DNA of 64,000 bases from Podarcis filfolensis (lineage: Eukaryota), in assembly GCA_964270895.1 (NCBI GenBank), contig OZ185436.1. One strand, 5' to 3'. Under the pieces are notes generated by a model. The model was given only the letters and a program-made list of their open reading frames with translations, was not told the origin of the DNA and did not search any database. How positions within the stretch are numbered: the stretch's first letter is position 1; each line of letters starts with the position of its first letter. Shown here piece after piece: positions 1 through 10,879 of this stretch. Position numbers and translations under genes: made by a program.

Positions 1-637
1 TCTGCCTTCCTGGTGAATCATGGTGCAGATGGCAGCGCCATTTTCAGAGCTATAAACAGTATAATTGTCATAGCTCTTTGAATGGTACTGCCATATGTAC
101 CAGAAAAGCAGCATTTAGATGTGTAAGGGCTTTGGGTCAACTGAACTGCCTTTGTAAATTACTGTATATGGAATTCTAAAGTGAGCTTGAATGCTATGTT
201 AAGCTTTAGAGGATATGCTCCAAGAATGTTCTCACCTGCAATAAATCCAAGTATATGTCAACAAATTGATCATGCAGACAAGACATTGAGCAGCAGCTCA
301 ATGACAAAATGACTAAGATCAAAACAAATAACCAGCAGGTTGTTTGCTTGAATGAATGGTGTATTTCTACAGTGATGTATGTTTAGCATGCACATGTGCA
401 GGTGTTTAATGGATCTCTTTCCAATAAAGCTACAGAGCAAATCTGCTTTTCGGTATGACTTTAAATATTTCCTTCAATATCTGCATGCACTGGTGGACAG
501 AATAGTACCCATAATTTGTGCTGTAAATGCAGAAAAATAACATGATGAAAGACTGTAGTAATGAAAAAGGGAATGATACAGAGAACATGGTGAAACAAAG
601 ACCACTTTCCCCTAAGACTCCTCTAACTTGGTGTGGA

Positions 638-710
638 GGGCCTGTTGCTTAGTGCTAATGTGCCTGTTTTACATGAAGATGGTTCCAGGTTCAATTCCTG
701 GCATCTCCAG
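638..710 (+). mobile_element. Degenerate tRNA-derived squamate SINE head (Squam3-like)
   Basis: B-box GGTTCAATTCC followed by TGGCATCTCCAG. Confidence 0.6.
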
Positions 711-1114
711 TTTTATGACAATCTGGTTTTAATGGTAGATGCAAAAGACCTGTGCTTTTGACTCTTAAGATCCATTGTTTGTAACAGGCAAATTGAGCTG
801 GAATAAGTTTTCTTCCTTTGCTCCAACCTGTGACTCCTTGCATTCTGTGCTGTTGATTGTGACTGGCATGGTTGGCTGTTTGACCTATCATATTGTACAT
901 CCGAGAGTATGTAGAGCAAACTTTTCTCTGCTCCTCTCCAGGTCACTCTCTCTTATTCAGCGTCAGGCATAATTCATTTTTGAGTTCTTTGTTCATCTAC
1001 CATGTTGCCCTTTTTATTCACTTGTATACGCATTACATTTCCTGATCAAATGAAATAAAAAGATGTTTAAGTCACATACATATAGAACAGACATTTTCTT
1101 TATTTCTTTGTATA

Positions 1115-1328
1115 CAGTGGTACCTCTGGTTACATACTTAATTCGTTCCGGAGGTCCGTTCTTAACCTGAAGCACCACTTTAGCTAATGGGGCCTCTCGC
1201 TGCAGCTGCGCGATTTCTGTTCTCATCCTGAAGCAAAGTTCTTAACCCGAGGTACTATTTCTGGGTTAGCGGAGTCTGTAACCTGAAGCGTATGTAACCT
1301 GAAGCATATGTAACCCGAGGTACCACTG
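1115..1328. mobile_element. Tc1/mariner (Tigger/pogo-like) MITE
   Basis: TIRs CAGTGGTACCTC...GAGGTACCACTG, TA flanks, internal GTAACCTGAAGC repeats. Confidence 0.9.
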
Positions 1329-2404
1329 TATAAGAGTTTTACATCTCCAGGGGATAAAATGCAGTAGGTGATTTCAAACCTCCTTTAGTTCTTTATGGCA
1401 ATTTTGACTCGCCCTTTTCAGTTGAGAGCCAATTCTGTTTTAATGTTTGGCTAGTCTGTTGGGCCTTTTCCTACTACTTGTTTTCTTACTTTTTCCATTC
1501 TTTTAGTGTGTGATCAAAAATCTTTAGCCCTCTCAAAAATACAAGGGTACAGCAATCTGTGCCAAAGCAGCCATTGTAGTGCTGACCCTGTTTACTTCAA
1601 TAATTACCTGAGCATTGCCTCAAGCCATTAATCAAGTGGTGCAGTTTCCGGTTTAATGTCATCCTGCAGCATCTGTAACAGCTGAAGGCAGATATATGTC
1701 ACTTTGCTCCTCTCGCATTTGTTCTGTAATTGACAGTCTGCTCCTGCCAGGCCTAATTATGATCAAGCCTGTTTTACTGTGAGTTCTCTACAAGAAAAGG
1801 CTTCACCTAGACTAATTTTAACTATTAAGATGGATACATTGGTGAGGATGTTGTACCTAAAATGTAGCGATTATCATCTAATGCTGCGGTAGTCCGTAAA
1901 TGAATTCCAGACGAAGGTTTTGTTTTGTTGGTAGTGTGCACTTAACATTCGCCAAACTGTCAGAGATAGCAGTGAGGTGGTCTAATGTCAGTGAAGTTAC
2001 ACAATATTTTCACCAGTACAAATTGATCTAGAATGTGTTTCCTCTGACACAGATGGAAGCTCTTGCACAGAATGTGTGTTTTATCTTACCCCTGCAATGA
2101 GGGATTATTTATTATTAGATTATTAGCTTAACTCGCCATGCTTGTTCTATATACACACATCTCAAATTTGTGCTCTTTGAGAATAGCCTGTTTGGGTAAA
2201 TCTGGCTTATGTGCATTGGGTTTTGTTTCTGTTTTACTCTCAAGTCATTAGCTTCAATAAAATCAGTGAACATGCTCATTTTTACAGAATAAGAAGGGTA
2301 ATGAATTGGTCGTTCTTGTAGCATAAATGGTAATGATTTCATGAATGTGTGAGGATGAAGTCCTTACAACATGGGTGCAATTTGTATGTATGTCTTATGT
2401 TAGT

Positions 2405-2628
2405 GGGTCAAATCCACTGAGACAAAAGTTCCATCAGCGCAAGGATTTCTGCTTGCGCAATGGAATATACTCCCTACCCCCTTCCTTGTGGACCCCTAAA
2501 TCTGCCCTAGATTTCCCCTCAACCATCTGGAGCAGGTTTGAGAGTGGATGGTATGGAGGGCATGGGAGGGAAGTCTTGTACAAACAGAATTTCTTGCGCT
2601 GATGGGAATCATTAGAGAATACCTCCCC
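2405..2628. mobile_element. Non-autonomous DNA element, probably PIF/Harbinger-like
   Basis: GGGTCAAATCC start; about 32-bp internal inverted repeat (2429-2460 vs 2577-2608). The superfamily is my inference. Confidence 0.5.
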
Positions 2629-2888
2629 AGACCTGCATGTCATTGGCTGTGTTCACGCAGCACTTCATTCCATTTCTCTGGTGTTTCCCTAACTGTGATT
2701 TCAACATTATATTTACAGTTTCACATAATGCAAAAGCCACTTTAAGAAAACCAATGCAATGTGGTGCATTTTAAGTGTTCATTTCCATGTTATTTGATTC
2801 CAGGGGGGGAAAAATGCTGCCACCTTAACTCAGAAAACCAAGTGGGGTTTTCTGTTGTTTTTATACAGGAATCAAAGGGGAAACAGAA

Positions 2889-3050
2889 GCAGCCTGGATA
2901 GCTCAGTTGGCTATAGTGTGGTGCTGATAACACCAAAGTTTCAGGTTTTATCCCCATATGAGACAACTGCATATTCCTACATTGCAAGGGGTGGGACTAG
3001 ATAATCTAACCTGAGGGTCTCTTCCAACTCTACAGTTCTATGATTCTATG
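2889..3050 (+). mobile_element. tRNA-headed SINE with CR1-type 3' tail
   Basis: TAGCTCAGTTGG A-box; tail GGGACTAGAT...CTTCCAACTCTACAGTTCTATGATTCTATG. Confidence 0.8.
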
Positions 3051-5390
3051 TATGGAAAGGATAGGAGAGCGATGATGTTGTCCAGTGTTGATTGTTGTGT
3101 CACAGCATTCCCACTGATGTGAATGAAATTTAGTGTGGCATGTCAGTATACCTGTCAAAAATCCACAATTCCATAACACAAGCACTGCAATGTGAAGGGA
3201 ACACTGGAAAATGAGGCAGAAGTGCCAGTGTTATAGTGAGAAAATTAAAGCCATATTCCCCACATCTTAATGCATCCGTATCTGTAGAAATATTTTTTGT
3301 ATGAGGAACAATTAATTATTATTAATTACTTGAGACTGACAGGAGGGCAGAGGTTCCTATCATGTCCTTCTGTATACCCTGCAGGCCAATTAACCCCTTT
3401 AGCTACTGGATTAAAATACTGTGAAAAGTGCTGATCCTAAGGATAGCACAATGTGTTACTACAATTAAATGAAGAAAATGACTGAGATCAAGAGATTGCC
3501 TGAAGCACTTAATTGGAACTAATTAGGCGAAGTGATTTACAACAGAGGATGGAAGTGAGCAGTGCAGATGGCTCTCATTGGCTCAAAGATACAGCTGTGA
3601 CAAACTGATTCATAAAGCTGCATATCTGGAACAGTCTGTTCAGTAACACACACATTCTCTCCCTCAAGTTCTCTGAATAAATTTTCATGAAAATATCCAA
3701 ATTAGAGGCTGTTAACTTTCTCAGCATGAAAGTTGCCAATGAAATGATGGATTGGGCGGGGGAGGGGCTGGTCTGAAATTAAGAGGAATTCACAGTTGTA
3801 CTTCAATACCAAGCTGGTTAAAAACACAATAAAATATGGAGCGAGGGAAACATAAGGTATATTTATATAAGGCAGGGGAAAGTGTAGCCTTCTTGGTGAT
3901 TACCGTTGGCAATGCTGGTTGGAACTGATGGCAGTAGGAGTCCTACACCTGCAGAGCCACAGGTTTCGCAGCCCTGATGTGAGACATGTGCATACTCAAC
4001 ATGGTTTAAACCAGGTTTCCTGAACTTGGTGCCTTCCAGATGTTTTGGACCACAAGTCCCATCAGCCCCAACCAGCATGTTCGAGGATGATGGGAGCTGT
4101 AGTACAGCAACCACTGAAAAATACATCTCATGGCCATAATTTTCCTTTTAACTGCTAAAGGCCACGCAAAATGAATTTTGCAACCTCTTTCACATTCCTT
4201 TGTGGTACTTGGTTCTGAGCTCACTCGGGAGCCATTCCCAAATGTTTGAGAATTATTTTGCTCATCACAAAGAGGGAGTATGGCGCAGGCCTTGATCTGA
4301 TGACAATAGTCAGTTTATGGTAGTATTGTAAGGAGCTAGCATATAGTTAATGAAGCTTTATATCACTTGTGAAGTCATTGGCATGTTATGTTGTGGCAGA
4401 CCATATTATATCTGGGCTCAAAGGAAGTTCGCTGATTGGAGGAACTTTCAGAGTCACCCAGGGCGCTACTGAAATTTGAGATCCCAAGGTCCGCCACTTG
4501 TCAGGTCTGCCTAATTGTTTGTTGGTCTCCCTAATTGTTATCTTACATGCAGTTCTAGAGAAAAATACAACATGACTCAAGTATCCCAGAGCAGACATCA
4601 AAGGAGAGAGAGAGAAAGAGAGAGAAAACCCCACTTCATTTCTGCATTAGAATTCTAGAGGCTTCAGAGACATAGCTTTGTTATATATATATTTTATCTC
4701 TCTAGAGGGTCTTCTGCAGTTCAGTGAAAGTACTCGTTAGTTGCTGTCTGATGCACTTTTGCCTCCATGGAAGCTAATTTTGTCTAGGAAATTGTTCTCA
4801 TGTACATGCCAGCTCTTTGCTGCTATGTTTAATCATCAACTACACGGAGAAAGCTTTGGTGACAGTAAATGTTGTGTGAAGTACCTAAGGGGTATTTATT
4901 CTAAAAGCATTGACTACTGAACCTTGGAAAACTTTTACCTCATAGAAAAAAAGATGCAGTGAATTGAAGGCAGCCTGGTGTGCAGCAATGTCACACCGTC
5001 AGAGATGCTGTCACACTGTCAGAGAGCACACCTGTTAAATGCAGTGTGCACAGTGCACAACATATCAGGCTTCACCATGCAAGCCCCTCTGAGCATGCTG
5101 TTTTGTCAGGCAAATACCCTGCCTGCTTTTGAAGAAATTGTATTGTACTGATGTTTACTATAGGTTTCATGTAAAGAGCATCATGGGAATTTAGCAAGAC
5201 TTTGGTTCATTCTATCTTTCTGCTCTTTTCACATTTAATGCACAGGCACAGTTTCCTTTCAAAGGCAGGAAGTATTGGATGTAGCTTGCCCTTCTGCTAT
5301 GAGAAGATGGCATTTAGACAAGGTCATGCTGATATTGACCTTGGAGATATTCTACATCCCCAAGGGATGTCCTATACACAAGAACAAAAT

Positions 5391-5590
5391 GGGCCAGATT
5401 CAACTAACTTGTCCCACTAGCAGAAGCCCATGTAAGGACTTGCACTGGGGCTTTCCGCCTCCCCAAAATCCACTCTGAAGTGTCAGGAGAACCCCCAGAA
5501 CTGCACATGAGAAGAGCAGAGGGGAGATTGTACCAGCAAGCAAGCAGAAATGCTTTTGCCGGTGGAATGTTTGCAACATCACAACATTCA
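5391..5590. mobile_element. Related non-autonomous DNA element
   Basis: Starts GGGCCAGATTCAACTAAC; similar to 9086-9318 and to the reverse complement of the end of 46981-47206. Confidence 0.55.
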
Positions 5591-5752
5591 GTTCTTCCCA
5601 GTATTTCAATGTATTCTGGAGTACAGGTGAGTAGAAGGTAAATTGGGTCCTGCTGGCAGGTTGCTGTATGATTTGTAGAAGAGTGACTGTGCTCTCTGAG
5701 CCACTGTTTTGCACTTGGCTCTTCCCACCTCCCTGGCCTCAAGATACATATG

Positions 5753-6002
5753 CAGTCGTACCTTGGAAGTTGAACAGAATCCGTTCTGGAAATCCATTCG
5801 ACTTCCAAAACGTTCAGAAGCCAAAGCACGGCTTCTGATTGGCTGCAGGAAGCTCCTGCAGGCAATCAGAAGCCGCAGAAGCTCCATCAAACATTTGGGT
5901 TCCAAAGAACATTCACAAACAGGAACCCTCACTTCTGGGTTTGTGGCGTTTGGAAGCCAAAACGTCTGAGTACCAAGGCGTTTGGGATCCAAGGTATGAC
6001 TG
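5753..6002. mobile_element. Tc1/mariner MITE (CAGTCGTACCTTGG TIR family)
   Basis: TIRs CAGTCGTACCTTGG / CCAAGGTATGACTG; internal palindrome GCTTCTGATTGGCTGCAGG...CCTGCAGGCAATCAGAAGC. Explains ORFs 5709-6024. Confidence 0.85.
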
Positions 6003-7387
6003 TATGTCACCTCTGTATACTTAGGCAGTGATTGCTCTTGGTAATTAGTATCCATATAAAGTTTAAGTGAAGTTAGATACCTAATGTGGATTAATATATG
6101 TGCAATGATTGTACTGAGAGTGAATATCTAGGCAAGGTAATTGAAACACTGCTCCTGACCACTGGGATTCCTGCTCTTCTTTCTTTTCCAGTCATGTTTT
6201 TGTCCCACTTTCCCTCCAAAGAACTTAAAATGGGCTACCTGTATTGATCCTGTTCTGTCTTAGTGATGACCCTGTTTGGTAGTTTAGGCTAAGAGATGTA
6301 CTGCTTGCTGGCATGTAATGCTAAGAACTTAGTCCTTATGAGCAAACATTCTGTCTCCTGAAAAGATCACAGGCACTTTGCTCCTCCCCTGCTGTTTTGC
6401 TGCTGAGCTAGACTAAGCCATTGTTTGGTTTAGCATGTCGTCCAACTCTGTTTTAAAAGAAAATAAGTTAAACTGAGGCAGCTGACTTACTGATCATTTT
6501 TTCCTTTATATATATATTATGATTATTCATAAACACAACAGTAAAAAAACAAATAGAGGAGGGCCTGCCATCGAGGAGCTTATAGCCTAATATAAAAGGA
6601 GGATGAAAAATATTGCATTAATACAGATAGTGGTCAGACTGACTTTAAGAGTCCCAGTTACACAGTAGCTTCTGCTATATTTCCAGCTGATCCACAGGTT
6701 ACTACTTCATGGTTTCTTATTGGAATTAAAGAGAATTTGCTTAAAACTGCAGCAATTAATCATGGTAAGGTCTTGCATAATGTTTTTAAATACTTTTAAA
6801 TTTTGAGAAGTTTCTCTCTTCTTTTTTTGTCTGGCTGGGTTGATACTTTGAGTACGCACATCTGATCGCTTAAATAAATGATCAAACATAACAAAAGCCT
6901 TTGATTTTGGTGTTTGAACTGCTCTTGATAGTAAAAAATATTCAGGAGTACCGGTATATGATTAAATTGGCTCAAGCCATTGGAAACTCTCGTTTAACAT
7001 TATGGCAGACTGTTCTATTGATGGCTATGAAGATTTTATGATTACATACAGTTATTATCTCACAAAGCTAAATGCTATTGCATGGAAAAGACCCTCCAGA
7101 GATATCTACAGAACAAGGGATTAATGTGCAATTCTAAACCATTTGAAGATGGAACAGTAAGGCAGCCACAGAGATAATAAAGTTTAAATTGCTCATGTAA
7201 ATCTTTGAATGTTGGAATTTAATCACATCAAAGATCAAATGAATCGGCTAATAGCTCCCCTGATAGAAAAAGAAGACCCAAATGATTTACTGTTTCTCAA
7301 GATGGCTGATCACAATAATAATTCATTGGTTCTTTTTTCTTAGCTATAAACAAAAGATGATTTTGCATTTGAAACAATAGTTTATTA

Positions 7388-7523
7388 CAGGCATATGCAA
7401 ACTCCGGCCCTCCAGATGTTTGGGACTACAATTCCCATCATCCCTGACCACTGGTCCTGTTAGCTAGAGACGATGGGAATTGTAGTCCCAAACATCTGGA
7501 GGGCCGGAGTTTGCCTATGCCTG
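7388..7523. mobile_element. Palindromic hAT-type MITE
   Basis: CAGGCATA...TATGCCTG termini, near-perfect fold-back, perfect 8-bp TSD GTTTATTA. Confidence 0.9.
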
Positions 7524-9085
7524 GTTTATTAGGTAGGCAGCATTAAGAAATAAACAGGTCCACTGTGGGGCAGTTGTCAAATGTCACAAGAGTATAACAC
7601 CCAACTGTGTGATGCTAGTAGTGCCTGAGAACGAAATGAACTCTGCTGTTCTGAGGGCCCCTAAATGTGGGGAAGCAGAGCTACATGTATAAATAAATAA
7701 GTGTGCATCACCTGTCCTTTCCTTTAGACTTTTCTTTGCCCATGAAAATCAAATTCAAGTAATAGCTGCAGTATCTCACAGTGCTGTGTTAATGGCTTTT
7801 TCTTCCTATTATGTAACAAAATGGTGAGATCTCTATGTCACACATGGATCCCTAACACAGTTCTCATTTAGGAGATTCTTTATTCCTTCCATTTCCAAAC
7901 TGAGCTTTTCAACTGCCAATTGAGGGACTTGCAATCTGAGTTTGATTCTCATGCCTGGTGGAAAATGCTTTATAACTAAAGGAAAAGGTGAAAAATATCA
8001 AAACTAGGATTGCTGCCATGATGGGAAGAAACCCAAATATTAGTTTAAAGGTCACATTTATTCCAGCACATGCTGACTCCTGACATATTCCAATAAATCT
8101 TATGTTGAGACTTTGAAAAGATCAGCAAAGATTAGTTTTAGTGAAGTATTTAGATGAATGTACAATGCAGTGAAGCAACAAGGGGGTGTCAGGGATGGAA
8201 TTATTCATTATCTGGGAGGATGGAAAAATCATCACACGAGGAAACTGGCATGTCCAAAAAGGCTTCATTTCAGCATAGGCCACGTTCCCATTTATTTCTT
8301 ATTTTCAAAAGGTTATAAACACGACATAAGATTTAGACTGAGCATCCCATTCTCCACATCCCCACCCTGAAAATATGTTTTGCTGTTCAGAAGAAATGTA
8401 TGTTATAATCACACTTCAAGTGGTACAAATTGTACCACCTACATGATCTTTCTCTGCATATTTATTTATTTATTTATTCCATTCCATTATATTATATTTG
8501 TTAGTCACTTGTCTCTCCCAAAGCAACTTACATCAAAAGCAATTAAAAACAACCAAGTAAGAAACCCAAAAACAAAGCTATACAAGTAAAAGACAGGACT
8601 AATATAAACATGGCCCAGTAAAAGAGGACTCATTGCTGCCCTTCAAAAATTAAGAGAAAAGCCTTTGCTTCTATAGGTGGGTGGCTCTATCTAGTTTTCT
8701 CAACAAGCACAATGAACGTGTTCCTTTAAATTACTTAGAATTCCAGTCTCTCAAACAAAAGAGCCCCACAGCAAATTAAGTTGCCTGGCTAAAGTGACAT
8801 GTCTTCTACAGGCACTTTCTGAAACGTTTCAAGCCTTTCCCTGTGCGAATGCTCCTAAAAGCAGTTGGAATGTGTTTGTCCCACAATAGCTTACCGTGCT
8901 GTAAAAATGAAACCAATTGATTCTAAGATTCTGTATTTCATCTTCAAAGTTCTTAGATTTGGGGCAGTGGAGAAGATTTGAAAACTTGTCTATGATCCTT
9001 GAAGAGGCAGAAAGTAGAAAGGAATCTCTGAAATGGTAAACTTATGAGTGCAAGGTGTTTTTATTATTATTAAAGGAAACTGTTG

Positions 9086-9318
9086 AGGCTGGATTCAGCT
9101 AACTAGTTCCACTAGCAGATGCGCATGTAAGGAATTCCAGTAGCGCAGTGGGGCTTTCCCCCCCACATCCTCACCCCCATGCATGCCTGCCCCCCTCAGA
9201 TTGGCTTGGAGGATCAGGAGAACCTCCAGAACACCTTGTGGAGGGAGGAGAGATCATTCAGCCATGCATGCAGAAATCCTTGCACTCACAGAACAATCAC
9301 CTTAGTACTACATTGGAT
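9086..9318. mobile_element. Related non-autonomous DNA element
   Basis: GGCTGGATTCAGCTAACTAGTTCCACTAGCAGA start, collinear with 5391-5590. Confidence 0.55.
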
Positions 9319-9924
9319 TTGTTCCTCTGTGATTTCAGGAAATGTACGGTAGTTTCCTGTTTATTACCTGAGAGCTTATCTCAAAAATGAAAACTAGCAG
9401 CTATTTTGACACAATGTTATTCTTGTAGTTTGGGGTATGCTTTTTTACACATACATCTTTGAAAACTTGAAATGGTTGTATGGTTCATTTTAAATTTCCT
9501 GGTTTTTAAATGGAAGTCTGTGTTATCAACTCCTAAAATTACACATTAGAGTTTATGGGGGCTATTATGGGGGCTACATTAGCTGTGACTTACGATTTCA
9601 TCAGACCCGGCTGTTCTTATCTTCCCAAGTGAAGTTCTTATTACTATAAAGAAAAAAAGGAGAAAATCAAGGCTACAGGAATCCATGCCCTGGGAACATC
9701 TCACTAGACTACTGCAATGTATTTGGTGTGGAACGAACTTTGAAAATTATCCAGAAACTACAACTGGTGCAAAATGCAACTGGCTGAAGCATCACAGACC
9801 ATAGTTTGCCAGATCTTCAAGAATCCATGCTGGATGCCAGTTTGTTTTGGGGCACAATTCAGAATGTTGCTTGGGACTAGAGTGCCTGAATAATAGCTGC
9901 CTCCCATTTGAAATACACTGATGG

Positions 9925-10153
9925 TTAAAACCACAGTAGTGCCCGCCCTGTTGAATGCCCTCCCACCAGATGTCAAAGAAATAAACAACTATCTGACTTT
10001 TAGAAGACATCTGAAGGCAGCCCTGTTTAGGGAAGCTTTTCATATTTGACAAATTATTGTGCTTTAATATTTTGCTGGAAGCCGCCCAGAGTGGCTGAGG
10101 AAACCCAGACAGATGGGTTGGGTAGAAATAATAATAATTATTATTAGTTATTA
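9925..10153 (+). mobile_element. L2 LINE 3' end
   Basis: ...GAATGCCCTCCCA...GAAGGCAGCCCTGTTTAGGGAAGC...GCCGCCCAGAGTGGCT... followed by an (ATA/ATT)n tail. Confidence 0.8.
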
Positions 10154-10836
10154 TCTTCAGAGCCATGCTCAAAATGCCGTCACTATGTGAAATAAAGCAA
10201 GTGGCAGCGTGGATCAAGGTGCCTCATCCCCTAAAAAAAACTCCTCCCTCTGCTCATTTGCTAGATCCTATCCCTCCTATCTTATAGAAAGCTTAAAGTT
10301 ACTAAAAGTTACAACATTACTTGACCATAAACTGAGTTGTGTGACTTAAAGAAATTGTCTAAGCTATTGTATAGCAGTTTTCCAAATTGCAGAATGGTCC
10401 ATAATGGAAGTCCCATCTTATATCAGGTCCAAGTCTGTATTGGGATTCCTCATTCTCAGGAAACCCTTCAGATGCTACTAGATTTGCAAAGTATATGATT
10501 CATTTGGTAGCTATCCAAGCGTAGCTTGGAATAAATGTGTAATACATCTTCTGCGTGAAAGGATGCTATACAAACCTATCCTCTAGTACTTTTTTAAAAA
10601 TTCACCTAGCATTATATCAGTCTCAAAGACAGGCACTTTTGGAATGTGTGAGCATCTTGATTGTGAATGCAACCATGGCAACTGGGTTTTAAAAAGATTA
10701 GCTGGGTATCTGGCTGCTCCTTATTGTGTTCATTGGAGGGGAGACTTATTTTAGTTTAAAATGCTTATATGTATTAACAATATAGCCCTTAGGTTAAAGT
10801 CTAAGTTGCTCAAAGCCATTGCACAAAAGCTGAGTA

Positions 10837-10878
<42 letters not shown>
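10837..10878. repeat. (AAT)14 microsatellite
   Basis: Direct reading; produces the poly-Tyr in ORF 10751-11008. Confidence 0.98.

Positions 10879-10879
<1 letters not shown>

Noticed and set aside
942-972. Pyrimidine tract plus CAG giving R-SLSLIQRQA* as another HTR4 tail
   Set aside because: No downstream donor or similarity support; such acceptors occur by chance.
2889-2960. tRNA-like A/B boxes here and at 638, 29251 and about 34740-34810
   Set aside because: These are SINE heads followed by SINE bodies or tails; no cloverleaf, so not tRNA genes.
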